DNA of 64,000 nucleotides. Origin: Pyrinomonadaceae bacterium. Its GTDB lineage: Bacteria > Acidobacteriota > Blastocatellia > Pyrinomonadales > Pyrinomonadaceae. Every line of letters starts with the position of its first letter. The first letter of the stretch is position 1. Both the position numbers and the translations under genes were made by a program. Of the stretch, positions 42,473-50,833 are shown piece by piece. Under the pieces are notes generated by a model. The model was not told the DNA's origin. It saw nothing but the letters and a program-made list of their open reading frames with translations, and made no database searches. The stretch spans positions 12,869-76,868 of the forward strand of contig DASZEN010000028.1 of assembly GCA_035940775.1 (NCBI GenBank), written 5' to 3'.

Positions 42473-43933
42473 ATGAAACGCTGCCCCGCCTGTGACCGCA
42501 CCTACTCGGATGAACACGAGCTAAACTTTTGCCTGGATGACGGCGCGCCGCTGCTGCGCGTCGAATCGCCCTCGTTCGGTTCGCAAGAGACGCTGCGCAT
42601 CCCTGCGGCGCGCGAGACGGAGCAGGGGCGCACCGATATTTTGTACCCGCAAGCGCCCCCCTTCAATCCGCCCAGGCAGGCATACGGGCCCACACCTTAC
42701 TCCCCGCTGCCCGGAGGCTATGGGCAGAGCGCGACACCGCTCGCTCGAAAGCGGAGCCCCTGGCCCTGGATCATCGCCTCGGCTGTCGTCCTGGCCCTGG
42801 GCGTCGCCGCCATCGCCGCCTTCGTCGCCTACAGAATGCTAAGGACGCAGACCATCACGGTCTCGAAGGGTGGCGGCGGCGAGTACACGACAATCGCAGA
42901 GGCCATCAAAAAGGCGGAGCCGGGCGCGCGCATCATGGTGCGACCGGGCCTCTACAACGAGAGCTTAACGATAGACAGGCAGGTGGAGATCATCGGCGAC
43001 GGGCCGCTGCGTGACATCGTCGTTGAGAGCCGGGACACCAACTGCATGCGTATGCAGACGGAGAGCGCGACCGTCAGGGGCCTGACCTTGCGCGCCCGTA
43101 CTTCGCCCAAAGAATTTTTCGCAGTTGATATACCGCGCGGTCAGTTGACCATTGAGGATTGCGATATTACTTCGGACACGCTCGCTTCGGTGGCGGTTCA
43201 CGGCTCGATGGCCGACGCCGTCATTCGTCGGACGCGCATCCACGACGGAAAGGCTGGCGGCGTCTTCATCTTCGATCACGGCAAGGGAACCATTGAGGAT
43301 TGCGACATCTACGGCAACGTCAACGCCGCCGTCGAGATTAAGGACGGCAGTAATGCGACGGTGCGCCGCTCGAAGCTCTACGACAATAAGGCGAGCGGCG
43401 TCTACGTCTGGAAGAACAGCAAGGGCAATATCGAGGAGTGCGACATCTACGGCAACGAGTATGCCGGAATCACCATCGGCGAATACGCCAGCCCGACCAT
43501 CACCAAATGCCGAATCCATAACGCCAAAGCGGGCGGCATCTTTATTTACGATCACGGCAAGGGAACCATTGAGGATTGCGAAATCTCCGTCACGGTCTAT
43601 GCCGGAATCGAGATCAAGGACGACAGCGACCCGGTCGTTCGCCGCTGCAGGATTTCCGAGAGCAAAGTGAGCGGCGTCTTCGTCTGGAAAAACAGCAAGG
43701 GCGTGATTGAGGATTGCGAGATTTTCAAGAACGCCTACGCGGGGGTGGCGACCTCGGAGGCCGGAAACCCTGTCGTCCGGCGCTGCAAGATCAATGACAA
43801 TGGTTATCAGGCGATATGGGCCTATAACAACGGGGCGGGAACCGTCCAGGACTCCGATCTGACGGGCAATGATCGCGGCCCCTGGCTCATAGAGACGGGC
43901 AGCTCCGTCAGCCGCAGCGGAAACACGGAATAA
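42473..43933 (+). CDS. Zn-ribbon / TM / right-handed parallel beta-helix repeat protein
   Basis: 486 aa. N-terminal MKRCPACDRTYSDEHELNFCLDDGAPL, a TM helix (WPWIIASAVVLALGVAAIAAFVAY), then pectate-lyase-like PbH1 coils with repeated IEDCDI...V(R/T)RC(R/K)I units. Confidence 0.8.
   Translation: MKRCPACDRTYSDEHELNFCLDDGAPLLRVESPSFGSQETLRIPAARETEQGRTDILYPQAPPFNPPRQAYGPTPYSPLPGGYGQSATPLARKRSPWPWIIASAVVLALGVAAIAAFVAYRMLRTQTITVSKGGGGEYTTIAEAIKKAEPGARIMVRPGLYNESLTIDRQVEIIGDGPLRDIVVESRDTNCMRMQTESATVRGLTLRARTSPKEFFAVDIPRGQLTIEDCDITSDTLASVAVHGSMADAVIRRTRIHDGKAGGVFIFDHGKGTIEDCDIYGNVNAAVEIKDGSNATVRRSKLYDNKASGVYVWKNSKGNIEECDIYGNEYAGITIGEYASPTITKCRIHNAKAGGIFIYDHGKGTIEDCEISVTVYAGIEIKDDSDPVVRRCRISESKVSGVFVWKNSKGVIEDCEIFKNAYAGVATSEAGNPVVRRCKINDNGYQAIWAYNNGAGTVQDSDLTGNDRGPWLIETGSSVSRSGNTE
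43151..43843 (+). repeat. five tandem 46-47-codon coding repeats (138-nt period, 276-nt super-period) in beta-helix gene
   Basis: ATTGAGGA(T/G)TGCGA recurs at 43151, 43292, 43430, 43568 and 43706. Segments 43263-43307 and 43539-43583 are nearly identical (...GATCACGGCAAGGGAACCATTGAGGATTGCGA...). Confidence 0.85.
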
Positions 43934-43934
43934 C

Positions 43935-44059
43935 AACGAAGGGATAAGGGGCGGCAGTGTGAGGGATGAAATGGGTTGAATAAAGGATTCAGGCGAGCCC
44001 GGACTCAATCATTCATCCCTTATCGCTGCCGCCCTTCGTTCATCCCTCATCCCTTCGTT
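43935..44059. repeat. copy C of mosaic palindromic repeat
   Basis: Left arm AACGAAGGGATAAGGGGCGGCAGTGTGAGGGATGAAATGGGTTGA. Right arm TCAATCATTCATCCCTTATCGCTGCCGCCCTTCGTTCATCCCTCATCCCTTCGTT. It lies between the convergent beta-helix and CsbD-like genes and overlaps the last four codons plus stop of the latter. Confidence 0.65.
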
Positions 44060-44289
44060 TTTCCCTCTTGATCTTCGCGGTTTTCTTGTTCCAGTTCGCG
44101 TTTGCCCTCTTCTTTCAGCTCGCGGCCCTCGCGCTCCAATTCGGCATCCTCAAGGCCGTGCGCGACGCGCTCTTTGGCGCGCCCTTCGGCCCGCTTCATC
44201 TCGGCCTCGACGCGACCCTCGACCTCGTCAATCGGAGCGGGCTCGTCCAGCTCTTCCTGTGTCACGATCTTTTCCTTCTCAATCTCCAT
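44047..44289 (-). CDS. small acidic CsbD-like stress protein (tentative)
   Basis: 80 aa: MEIEKEKIVTQEELDEPAPIDEVEGRVEAEMKRAEGRAKERVAHGLEDAELEREGRELKEEGKRELEQENREDQEGKTKG. SD GGGAGG lies 8 nt upstream of the ATG at 44289. The 229-aa ORF-track version (to 44736) overlaps the GH3 gene and is rejected. Confidence 0.5.
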   Translation of the reverse strand: MEIEKEKIVTQEELDEPAPIDEVEGRVEAEMKRAEGRAKERVAHGLEDAELEREGRELKEEGKRELEQENREDQEGKTKG

Positions 44290-44446
44290 GATTCCAGCCT
44301 CCCAATAAGATTTTATGACGCGACGCGTGCATCGTCTCACCATTGGCGGCGGGCGGTCAAACGATGCGCAGGAATCTGTAAGCTCCCGAGTGCGACTAAA
44401 TTCATTCCATGCTCCGCCTCTCCGACGCTTTCTTCTCGCTTGCGCT

Positions 44447-46150
44447 CTAACCGGGCGGGAGGCGTATGGGCGCGCGACCTCGTGCCGGAATGTCCCCGGC
44501 GATGACACGCATCGCCGCCTCTTCGGATTCGGCCACGGACTCGAACGTAAGGAGCGTGGTCGCGCGCTCGGGCACGCGCGGCAGGACATAAGGATTGCCG
44601 AAGATGGCGGCGATGATGGGCACGCCAGCGTCATCGAGCGAGCGTAAGACCTCGGCGTGCGCGTGTGCGAGCGAGACGCTCCCCTTATAGGCGGCGACGC
44701 GCGCGCAGACCGCCACAATCGCCACGTCGCAATCACTCGTCGCCGCCCTTATCTGTTCCATATCAGCCGCCTCCGCGCTCGACTCTATGACGCGCGCGTG
44801 AAACCGCGCCACCGCCTCGCGCGAGAATGGCAACCCCGCTGGCTCTCGCAAAACGTGGGCCCAGACGGGCACGGAATCCTTCAGGATGATCGCCGTGACC
44901 CGCTTGTTCCTGAGCGGAAGCAGTCCGCGCGGGTCGCGTATGAGCGTGACGGCGTGCTCGAAAAGCTCGCGCGCCGTCGCCGTGTGCGCCGGGCTGGCGA
45001 GCGTGTCCCAGACGCCTTCGAGCGAAACCTCGCGCGCGCGCTGTAGATCGCACCAGGCTTTCGCACTCAGGATGCGCCGCACCGACGCGTCCACGCGTTC
45101 CGGCTTGAGCCGTCCCCGTACGACCGCCTCGCACAGCGACGCGTGCGCCTGCTCCGCATCCACCGGATGTAGAATCACGTCGCATCCGGCCAGGACGGCG
45201 CGCACGGCGGCCTCGCCCGGCTCGTAGCGGTCTGCGACTGCGCCCATCGAAAGCGCATCGGTAAAGATGAGCCCGTCGAAGCCAAACTCACGGCGTAATA
45301 TTCCGTCAACGAGAGCGGGCGAGAGCGTCGCCGGTCGCGCCTCCGGTGCTTCCGCGTCGAGCGAGGGTACGCTGATGTGCGCCGTCATTACGGCGCGCAC
45401 GCCCCTGCGGACGGCGTCGCGAAATGGGGCAAGCTCGATCTGCTCCAACCGCTCGCGCGTCATGTCGAGCGTCGGCAATAGTATGTGCGAGTCGAGCGCC
45501 GTATCGCCGTGGCCCGGAAAATGTTTGGCCGTCGCGAGCTGCCCCTCGTCCTGCGCGGCGCGTATAAAGGCCGCGCCCCATTGCGCGACCACTTCGGGGT
45601 CGTCGCTGAAGGCGCGCGTGTTGATGATCGGGTTGGCGGGGTTATTGTTCACGTCCATGACCGGATAAAAGTTGACGTGAACGCCGATGGCGCGCCCCTC
45701 GCGCGCCGTGATGCGAGCGGCCTCTGCGGCGGACTCCGTATCTCCTGTTGCCGCCAGCGCCATCGCACGCGGCAGGCGCGTCCCGCCGCGCAGTTGCATG
45801 CCGACGCCTCCCTCGAAGTCTGAGGCGAAGAGCAGCGGAACGCGCGCGCGGCGCTGTAAGCGGTTGACGAGCGCGGCGGTCGTAAAAGCATCGCCGTTGT
45901 AGATGATGAAGCCGCCGACGCCGAGGCGCTCTATGAAGCGAACGAGCCGCGCGTAATGCTCGCTTCCCTCGTGTATGAGCGTCCCGGTCAAATCCGGCAT
46001 CAATAATTGGCCGACGCGCTCTTCAATCGTCAACTCGCTCAGGGTCTGCTCGACCCACGCGGACTGCTCCTGCTGCTGCTGCTGTTCCGACGCTTCCTGC
46101 AAAATGGGCTTGCCTCTCCTTCGCCAGGTCTGCGGCGCATGGTAACACAC
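44447..46150 (-). CDS. glycoside hydrolase family 3 (NagZ-like beta-N-acetylhexosaminidase) with C-terminal extra domain
   Basis: Motifs RVGQLLMPDL, FASDFEGG, KHFPGHGDT and IFTDALSMGA. A Q-rich N-terminus is encoded by (CTG)5 on the plus strand. Confidence 0.85.
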   Translation of the reverse strand: MCYHAPQTWRRRGKPILQEASEQQQQQEQSAWVEQTLSELTIEERVGQLLMPDLTGTLIHEGSEHYARLVRFIERLGVGGFIIYNGDAFTTAALVNRLQRRARVPLLFASDFEGGVGMQLRGGTRLPRAMALAATGDTESAAEAARITAREGRAIGVHVNFYPVMDVNNNPANPIINTRAFSDDPEVVAQWGAAFIRAAQDEGQLATAKHFPGHGDTALDSHILLPTLDMTRERLEQIELAPFRDAVRRGVRAVMTAHISVPSLDAEAPEARPATLSPALVDGILRREFGFDGLIFTDALSMGAVADRYEPGEAAVRAVLAGCDVILHPVDAEQAHASLCEAVVRGRLKPERVDASVRRILSAKAWCDLQRAREVSLEGVWDTLASPAHTATARELFEHAVTLIRDPRGLLPLRNKRVTAIILKDSVPVWAHVLREPAGLPFSREAVARFHARVIESSAEAADMEQIRAATSDCDVAIVAVCARVAAYKGSVSLAHAHAEVLRSLDDAGVPIIAAIFGNPYVLPRVPERATTLLTFESVAESEEAAMRVIAGDIPARGRAPIRLPPG

Positions 46151-46308
46151 CGAAAAGCTATTCCTTCGGGATACCGCTCACGGCCGGAAAGCCACGGTCG
46201 ACAGCTTTGAAAGACCATTTGACAGCTTAACGGCTTATAAAATCTGTGTCCGAATGGTAAACTGGCTTCGCCTTTGCGGGCATCAAAAGGGGTTCGCGCT
46301 GTCCGACT

Positions 46309-46818
46309 ATGCGTCGTCAATTCTCATTAATCGTCATTCTGCTGTGGGCGCTCAACGTGAGCGGCTGGGGAGGCGTGCTTGCCGCCGCCCTGTGCCCGCA
46401 CGCGGCGCAGATGGCGGCGGCAAAAGGGCCTGCGGCATCTCCTTTGAAGACGAAAGAGCACGCTTCCTGCCATGCGAAGGCTGACCAGAGCGCGTCTCAG
46501 AGCAGCATGGCCTCTTCGCATGAAGCGAATGCTGATGGCAAAGCGCCCTCTTCGACAAGAGAAGCGGGGCCGCTGGCGCTCACAGAGCCTGCGAGATCGT
46601 GCCAGCATTGCGTCTCTCACAGGGGGCTTCCGACCGAGCCGGTCAAGACGCGCGATTCGCAGCCGGGCAGAACTGATGCCGGAAACCTCTATTCGCCGGA
46701 TGCGAAGACGATTGCGCCGCCCGTCTTTGAGTTCGCGCAGGCCGTCGTCCCGACACAGGGCGCGCCGCCCGGCAGGCAGGCCCGCAGACATCTACTCCTC
46801 AGCGTCTTCCTTATCTAA
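46309..46818 (+). CDS. secreted Cys/His-motif protein, hypothetical
   Basis: 169 aa with a signal-like N-terminus. Motifs are LCPHAAQM, HASCHAK and SCQHCVSH. It sits directly upstream of the Met/His-rich protein gene. No family recognised. Confidence 0.5.
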   Translation: MRRQFSLIVILLWALNVSGWGGVLAAALCPHAAQMAAAKGPAASPLKTKEHASCHAKADQSASQSSMASSHEANADGKAPSSTREAGPLALTEPARSCQHCVSHRGLPTEPVKTRDSQPGRTDAGNLYSPDAKTIAPPVFEFAQAVVPTQGAPPGRQARRHLLLSVFLI

Positions 46819-46992
46819 ACCCCCCTCTTCGGACGTTTCGGTTCAACTGAGAACCGGACGCACATGTGTGTGCGTTTCCGGAAAACCTTAATTTCAGGCC
46901 GACGGCAGGGAAAGCCCGGAGAGAAGAGCGCGAGCGCACGAGTCGCGTCTCTCTCTCTAGTCGCCGAGACCGATATTTCCTGAAGGGGAATC

Positions 46993-48918
46993 ATGGGAAG
47001 CCATAACTTAAAAAAGAAACTTTATACGATAGTCCTTATAGCAGCCCTTTGGGGCTTAAGCGGGGAACTTCTGCCCGGCCATGTCGCGCGCGCCCAGCAC
47101 GAGGGGCACGACATGAGCACCATGCCGAAGGCGAGCAAGCCGAAGCCGAAAGCGCCGAAGAAAAAGGCCGCCCCACGAAAGAGAGCTTCGACTTCGCGCG
47201 CGCCGCAGACCACTACTACAGCGCCGCCCGAGAGAGATGATGCGCCGGAGGGGCGCGATATGCCGGGCATGAACATGCCTCCTGCGGCATCGCCCTCGCC
47301 AGCCGCGACTCCTTCAGACGCGCAGCCTGAGACTGAAGAGACGGCCGCGCCGTCGAATCACGATACGCACACCGAAACGGCCTCGCCGCCTCATCCTACT
47401 CCAGCGCCGTCGCCCGCCGCTTCTTCGTCGCCGGAGTCGAACACGGAGACGCCCGCCGGGGCGAGCCCGCAATCCACAGGAGGCGAAGCGCCGCCGCCAG
47501 CGGCCGCGCCGCACGGGCACGACGGCCATGACATGGGGAACACGGGTGCGGCCGGAGGCGAAGCGCCACCAGCGCAACCTCCGGGCACAATGCCGGGCAT
47601 GGATATGAGCGGCGGCAAGTCTTCCGGGATGGGACGCATGGATACGGACTTGATGGAGATGACGGGCGAGCAGATGAACATACGCCTGCGCCCGAACGTG
47701 AACAGCCGCAATACGATTGCGATGGGCCAGATGGGCTCCGGCACGTCCTGGCAGCCCGCCACCACGCCCATGTTCATGTGGTACAAAAAGGCTGGCCGCT
47801 GGCTCCTCTTTCTTCACGGCGATATGAAGCTCGGCGTCAACGCTCAGGGTGGGCCCAGGGGCGTCGCCAAATTCGAGTCGTCGAACTGGATTATGCCGAT
47901 GGCCTTTACTCGCGTAGGGCCCGGCACGCTGCAACTTCGCGGGATGTTCAGCTTCGAGCCGTTCACGTTTCCGCAGGGCGGTTCCGGGCTCCTGTTCCAG
48001 ACGGGCGAGACCTACAAGGGCCGTCCCATCATAGATGCACAGCACCCGCACGACCTTTTCATGGAATTATCGGCTACGTATACAGTGCCGCTCGGCGAGC
48101 GCGCGACGTGGTTCACCTACGTGGGTTTTCCGGGCGAGCCCGCGCTTGGGCCAACGGCCTTCATGCACCGCTGGTCGGCCTCTGAAAACCCGAGCGCGCC
48201 GCTCTCGCATCACTTGCAGGACTCGACGCACATCTCTTTCGGCGTCTTCACGACGGGCTTTACCTACCGCTGGTTCAAACTCGAAGGCTCTCTTTTCAAC
48301 GGGCGCGAGCCGGACGAGAATCGCTATAACTTAGAGTTCAATCCGTGGAACTCGCGCTCCGTCAGGCTCTCATTTGCGCCCAACGATAACTGGGCCATGC
48401 AGGCGAGCTACGGCCTGCTGAAGAATCCGGAGGCGCTCTCGCCCGGAGACATTCGGCGCGCGACCGCCTCCGTCAGCTACAATAAGCGCTTCTCGCGCGG
48501 CAACTGGGCGTCGAGCCTGATCTGGGGACGCAATCAGGAGGCTCACGGCGGGGCCGTCTTCAAATTGAACAGCTACGTGGCCGAATCGACCCTTAATTTC
48601 TTCGACAGGAACTATCTGTACACGCGGCTCGAACTGGTGGATAAGAGCAATCTGCTGCGCGATGAAGACCTGCACCGCCTCGGCCTGACGCACGCGCAGC
48701 ACCCGCAGTTTCGCATCGGCGCATATACCTTCGGCGCGGCGCGCGACCTGTGGAACACGGAGCGGCTGTCGGTCGCCCTGGGCGGAGACTTCACCTTTTA
48801 TTCAAAGCCCGCACGGCTCGATCCCATCTATGGCGACAACCCGACCTCTTATCGTCTCTTCATACGGCTGCGACCGGGCCGCATGAGCATGAGCGGCCAC
48901 GGGCACACGGGCCATTGA
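46993..48918 (+). CDS. Met/His-rich N-terminal region + about 400-aa putative outer-membrane beta-barrel domain
   Basis: 641 aa with a signal peptide and a Lys/Pro-rich tract. Metal-type motifs are HEGHDMSTM, DMPGMNMPP, HGHDGHDMG and TMPGMDMSGGKSSGMGRMD, plus a C-terminal MSMSGHGHTGH. The remainder shows an alternating amphipathic strand pattern. Confidence 0.65.
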   Translation: MGSHNLKKKLYTIVLIAALWGLSGELLPGHVARAQHEGHDMSTMPKASKPKPKAPKKKAAPRKRASTSRAPQTTTTAPPERDDAPEGRDMPGMNMPPAASPSPAATPSDAQPETEETAAPSNHDTHTETASPPHPTPAPSPAASSSPESNTETPAGASPQSTGGEAPPPAAAPHGHDGHDMGNTGAAGGEAPPAQPPGTMPGMDMSGGKSSGMGRMDTDLMEMTGEQMNIRLRPNVNSRNTIAMGQMGSGTSWQPATTPMFMWYKKAGRWLLFLHGDMKLGVNAQGGPRGVAKFESSNWIMPMAFTRVGPGTLQLRGMFSFEPFTFPQGGSGLLFQTGETYKGRPIIDAQHPHDLFMELSATYTVPLGERATWFTYVGFPGEPALGPTAFMHRWSASENPSAPLSHHLQDSTHISFGVFTTGFTYRWFKLEGSLFNGREPDENRYNLEFNPWNSRSVRLSFAPNDNWAMQASYGLLKNPEALSPGDIRRATASVSYNKRFSRGNWASSLIWGRNQEAHGGAVFKLNSYVAESTLNFFDRNYLYTRLELVDKSNLLRDEDLHRLGLTHAQHPQFRIGAYTFGAARDLWNTERLSVALGGDFTFYSKPARLDPIYGDNPTSYRLFIRLRPGRMSMSGHGHTGH

Positions 48919-48935
48919 GAGCGGGGCAAAAAAGG

Positions 48936-48970
48936 GGGGCGGGCGTATGAAAATGCTCGCCCCTTCTTTT
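48936..48970 (+). terminator. intrinsic terminator after 46993..48918 gene
   Basis: Stem GGGGCGGGC / GCTCGCCCC (one G-U pair) with a 10-nt loop, followed by TTCTTTTGTC. Confidence 0.55.
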
Positions 48971-49217
48971 GTCTATGTACGCTAAGCGCGCAGGCCCGGA
49001 CGCGGGGACGCGCCCGCGCGCCAGTCGTGCGCGCACCCTTCGGCTTCCTGTTTCCACTTACATTTATCGCGCGATCAGGTGTAATATTGGGCCGCTCTAA
49101 AAGCACGGTACAATCATTGCTTCCTGGCTCTTGTCAATATTTGGACGTGTGCTCTCCTCTCGCATTTGTTCACACGTATAATTCCGGGGAAGTCATTCAG
49201 GGAGGAACGAAAGTAGT

Positions 49218-49964
49218 ATGAAGCCTTCGGTTCTGAAGTATGCCTTGAGGGGCGCGCTTTTGATGGCGCTCGCGCTCTCGCTCTCGGGCGTCGCGCCCGC
49301 GCAGACCGGTAACAGAAAGAAGATCAACGAGGCCGCCCGGCAGTCGCAGAAGGCCGCCAAGGTTTTCAACGATATTATGTCGGCCCCGGACAAGGCGATT
49401 CCGCGCGACCTGCTGGCGAGAGCCGAGGCGGTCGCCATATTCCCGGACGTTATCAAAGCCGGTTTCATCGTCGGCGGGCGCGGCGGGCGCGGCGTCATCA
49501 GCCGTCGCGTCAGAGGCGGGTGGAGCGCGCCCGCATTCTTTAATCTCGGCGGCGGCAGCATTGGCCTGCAAATCGGCGCATCTTCGACCGACTTCGTGCT
49601 TCTATTTATGAACCAGGAGGCGATCCAGGGTCTGCTTGAGGACAAGTTCGAGATCGGCGGTGAGGGAAGCGTAGCGGCGGGCCCCGTCGGGCGCGCGGCC
49701 GCCGCTTCTACGAACGCGACGCTGGACGCGGGCATCCTTTCATACTCGCGCAGCAAGGGATTGTTCGCCGGGCTGGAACTGAAGGGAACGGTCATCAATC
49801 CGGACAACGATGACAACGAAGCCGTTTATGGAATGAAGGCGGACGATATTCTGACGGGCAGACGCAAGATCGACATGAAGCGCATGCCGCCGGGCGTCCG
49901 CATTCTTCCGCAAACGCTGGCTCGCTATTCTGTCCGCTCCGTCCGCCGCCAGGGCGCCAAGTGA
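49218..49964 (+). CDS. SYLF (Ysc84-like) lipid-binding domain protein, secreted (paralog 1)
   Basis: 248 aa with a signal peptide. SYLF-like blocks are IPRDLLARAEAVAIFPDVIKAGFIVGGRGGRGV, GGGSIGLQIGASSTDFVLLFMN and SYSRSKGLFAGLELKG. Confidence 0.8.
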   Translation: MKPSVLKYALRGALLMALALSLSGVAPAQTGNRKKINEAARQSQKAAKVFNDIMSAPDKAIPRDLLARAEAVAIFPDVIKAGFIVGGRGGRGVISRRVRGGWSAPAFFNLGGGSIGLQIGASSTDFVLLFMNQEAIQGLLEDKFEIGGEGSVAAGPVGRAAAASTNATLDAGILSYSRSKGLFAGLELKGTVINPDNDDNEAVYGMKADDILTGRRKIDMKRMPPGVRILPQTLARYSVRSVRRQGAK

Positions 49965-50039
49965 CGGCCGCGCAATGGTTTTAAGCGAAAAGTTTTAAGC
50001 TAAATGAGGGTTTCAACTACAGTGAGGAGGAGAAGAGGT

Positions 50040-50756
50040 ATGAAGCATAGTTTGCAGCAGCGCACCGTTTACGCGCTCGGCGTGGTGGCTTTACTGTGTC
50101 TGAGCGCAATGGTCGCGCCCGCGCAGGATAATAAGAAGAGGTTGAAGGATGCCGCGCGCCATTCGAGCGCCGCGGCGAAGGTTTTTAAACAGATCATGGG
50201 CGCGCCGGATCAGGGGATTCCAAAAGAGTTGCTCGACAAGGCCGAAGCGATAGTGGTCTTTCCGGGCGTCAAAAAAGCTGCTTTCATCATCGGCGGCAGC
50301 GGCGGCCAGGGCGTCGTCAGTCGTCGCGCGCCAGGCGGGTGGAGCGAGCCCGCGTTCCTAAATCTCGGCGGCGGCAGCATCGGGGCGCAGATCGGCGCGT
50401 CTTCCACAGACTATGTGCTGTTGATTATGAACCAGGAAGGTTTGAACGGTCTGCTCGAAGACAAGTTTGAGATGGGCGGCGAGGCGAGCGTCGCGGCGGG
50501 CCCCGTCGGGCGCACGGCGGCGGCCACCACCAACGCGACTTTGGACGCGGGCATCCTTTCATACTCGCGCAGCAAGGGAGCGTTCGCCGGGGTCTCGCTC
50601 AAGGGCGCCGTCATCGGTCATGACAACGATCTGAATCAGGCTGTCTATGGAAAGAACGCGCACGAGTTGTTGACGGGCACTGCGATGTCGCTCAATCAGA
50701 TGCCCCCGGCCGTGCAAATCTTTCCGCGCACGCTCAGTATGTACTCGAAGCGCTAG
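50040..50756 (+). CDS. SYLF (Ysc84-like) lipid-binding domain protein, secreted (paralog 2)
   Basis: Start placed at MKHSLQQ (50040), with GAGGAGGAG upstream. It is collinear with paralog 1 and includes an identical 36-nt stretch, GACGCGGGCATCCTTTCATACTCGCGCAGCAAGGGA. Confidence 0.8.
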   Translation: MKHSLQQRTVYALGVVALLCLSAMVAPAQDNKKRLKDAARHSSAAAKVFKQIMGAPDQGIPKELLDKAEAIVVFPGVKKAAFIIGGSGGQGVVSRRAPGGWSEPAFLNLGGGSIGAQIGASSTDYVLLIMNQEGLNGLLEDKFEMGGEASVAAGPVGRTAAATTNATLDAGILSYSRSKGAFAGVSLKGAVIGHDNDLNQAVYGKNAHELLTGTAMSLNQMPPAVQIFPRTLSMYSKR

Positions 50757-50833
50757 AGCGTAACTCCGGCCGAAGCGTCTGTAGGTCTGAGGTCTGACGC
50801 ATGAGCATCAAAGGGGCGCGCCCGAGAAGAAGC

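Noticed and set aside
44047-44736. 229-aa version of the minus-strand ORF
   Set aside because: The upstream 149 codons overlap the 3' end of the GH3 gene and are Arg/Pro/Ser-rich. A strong SD precedes the internal ATG at 44289, so only the 80-aa CsbD-like ORF is kept.
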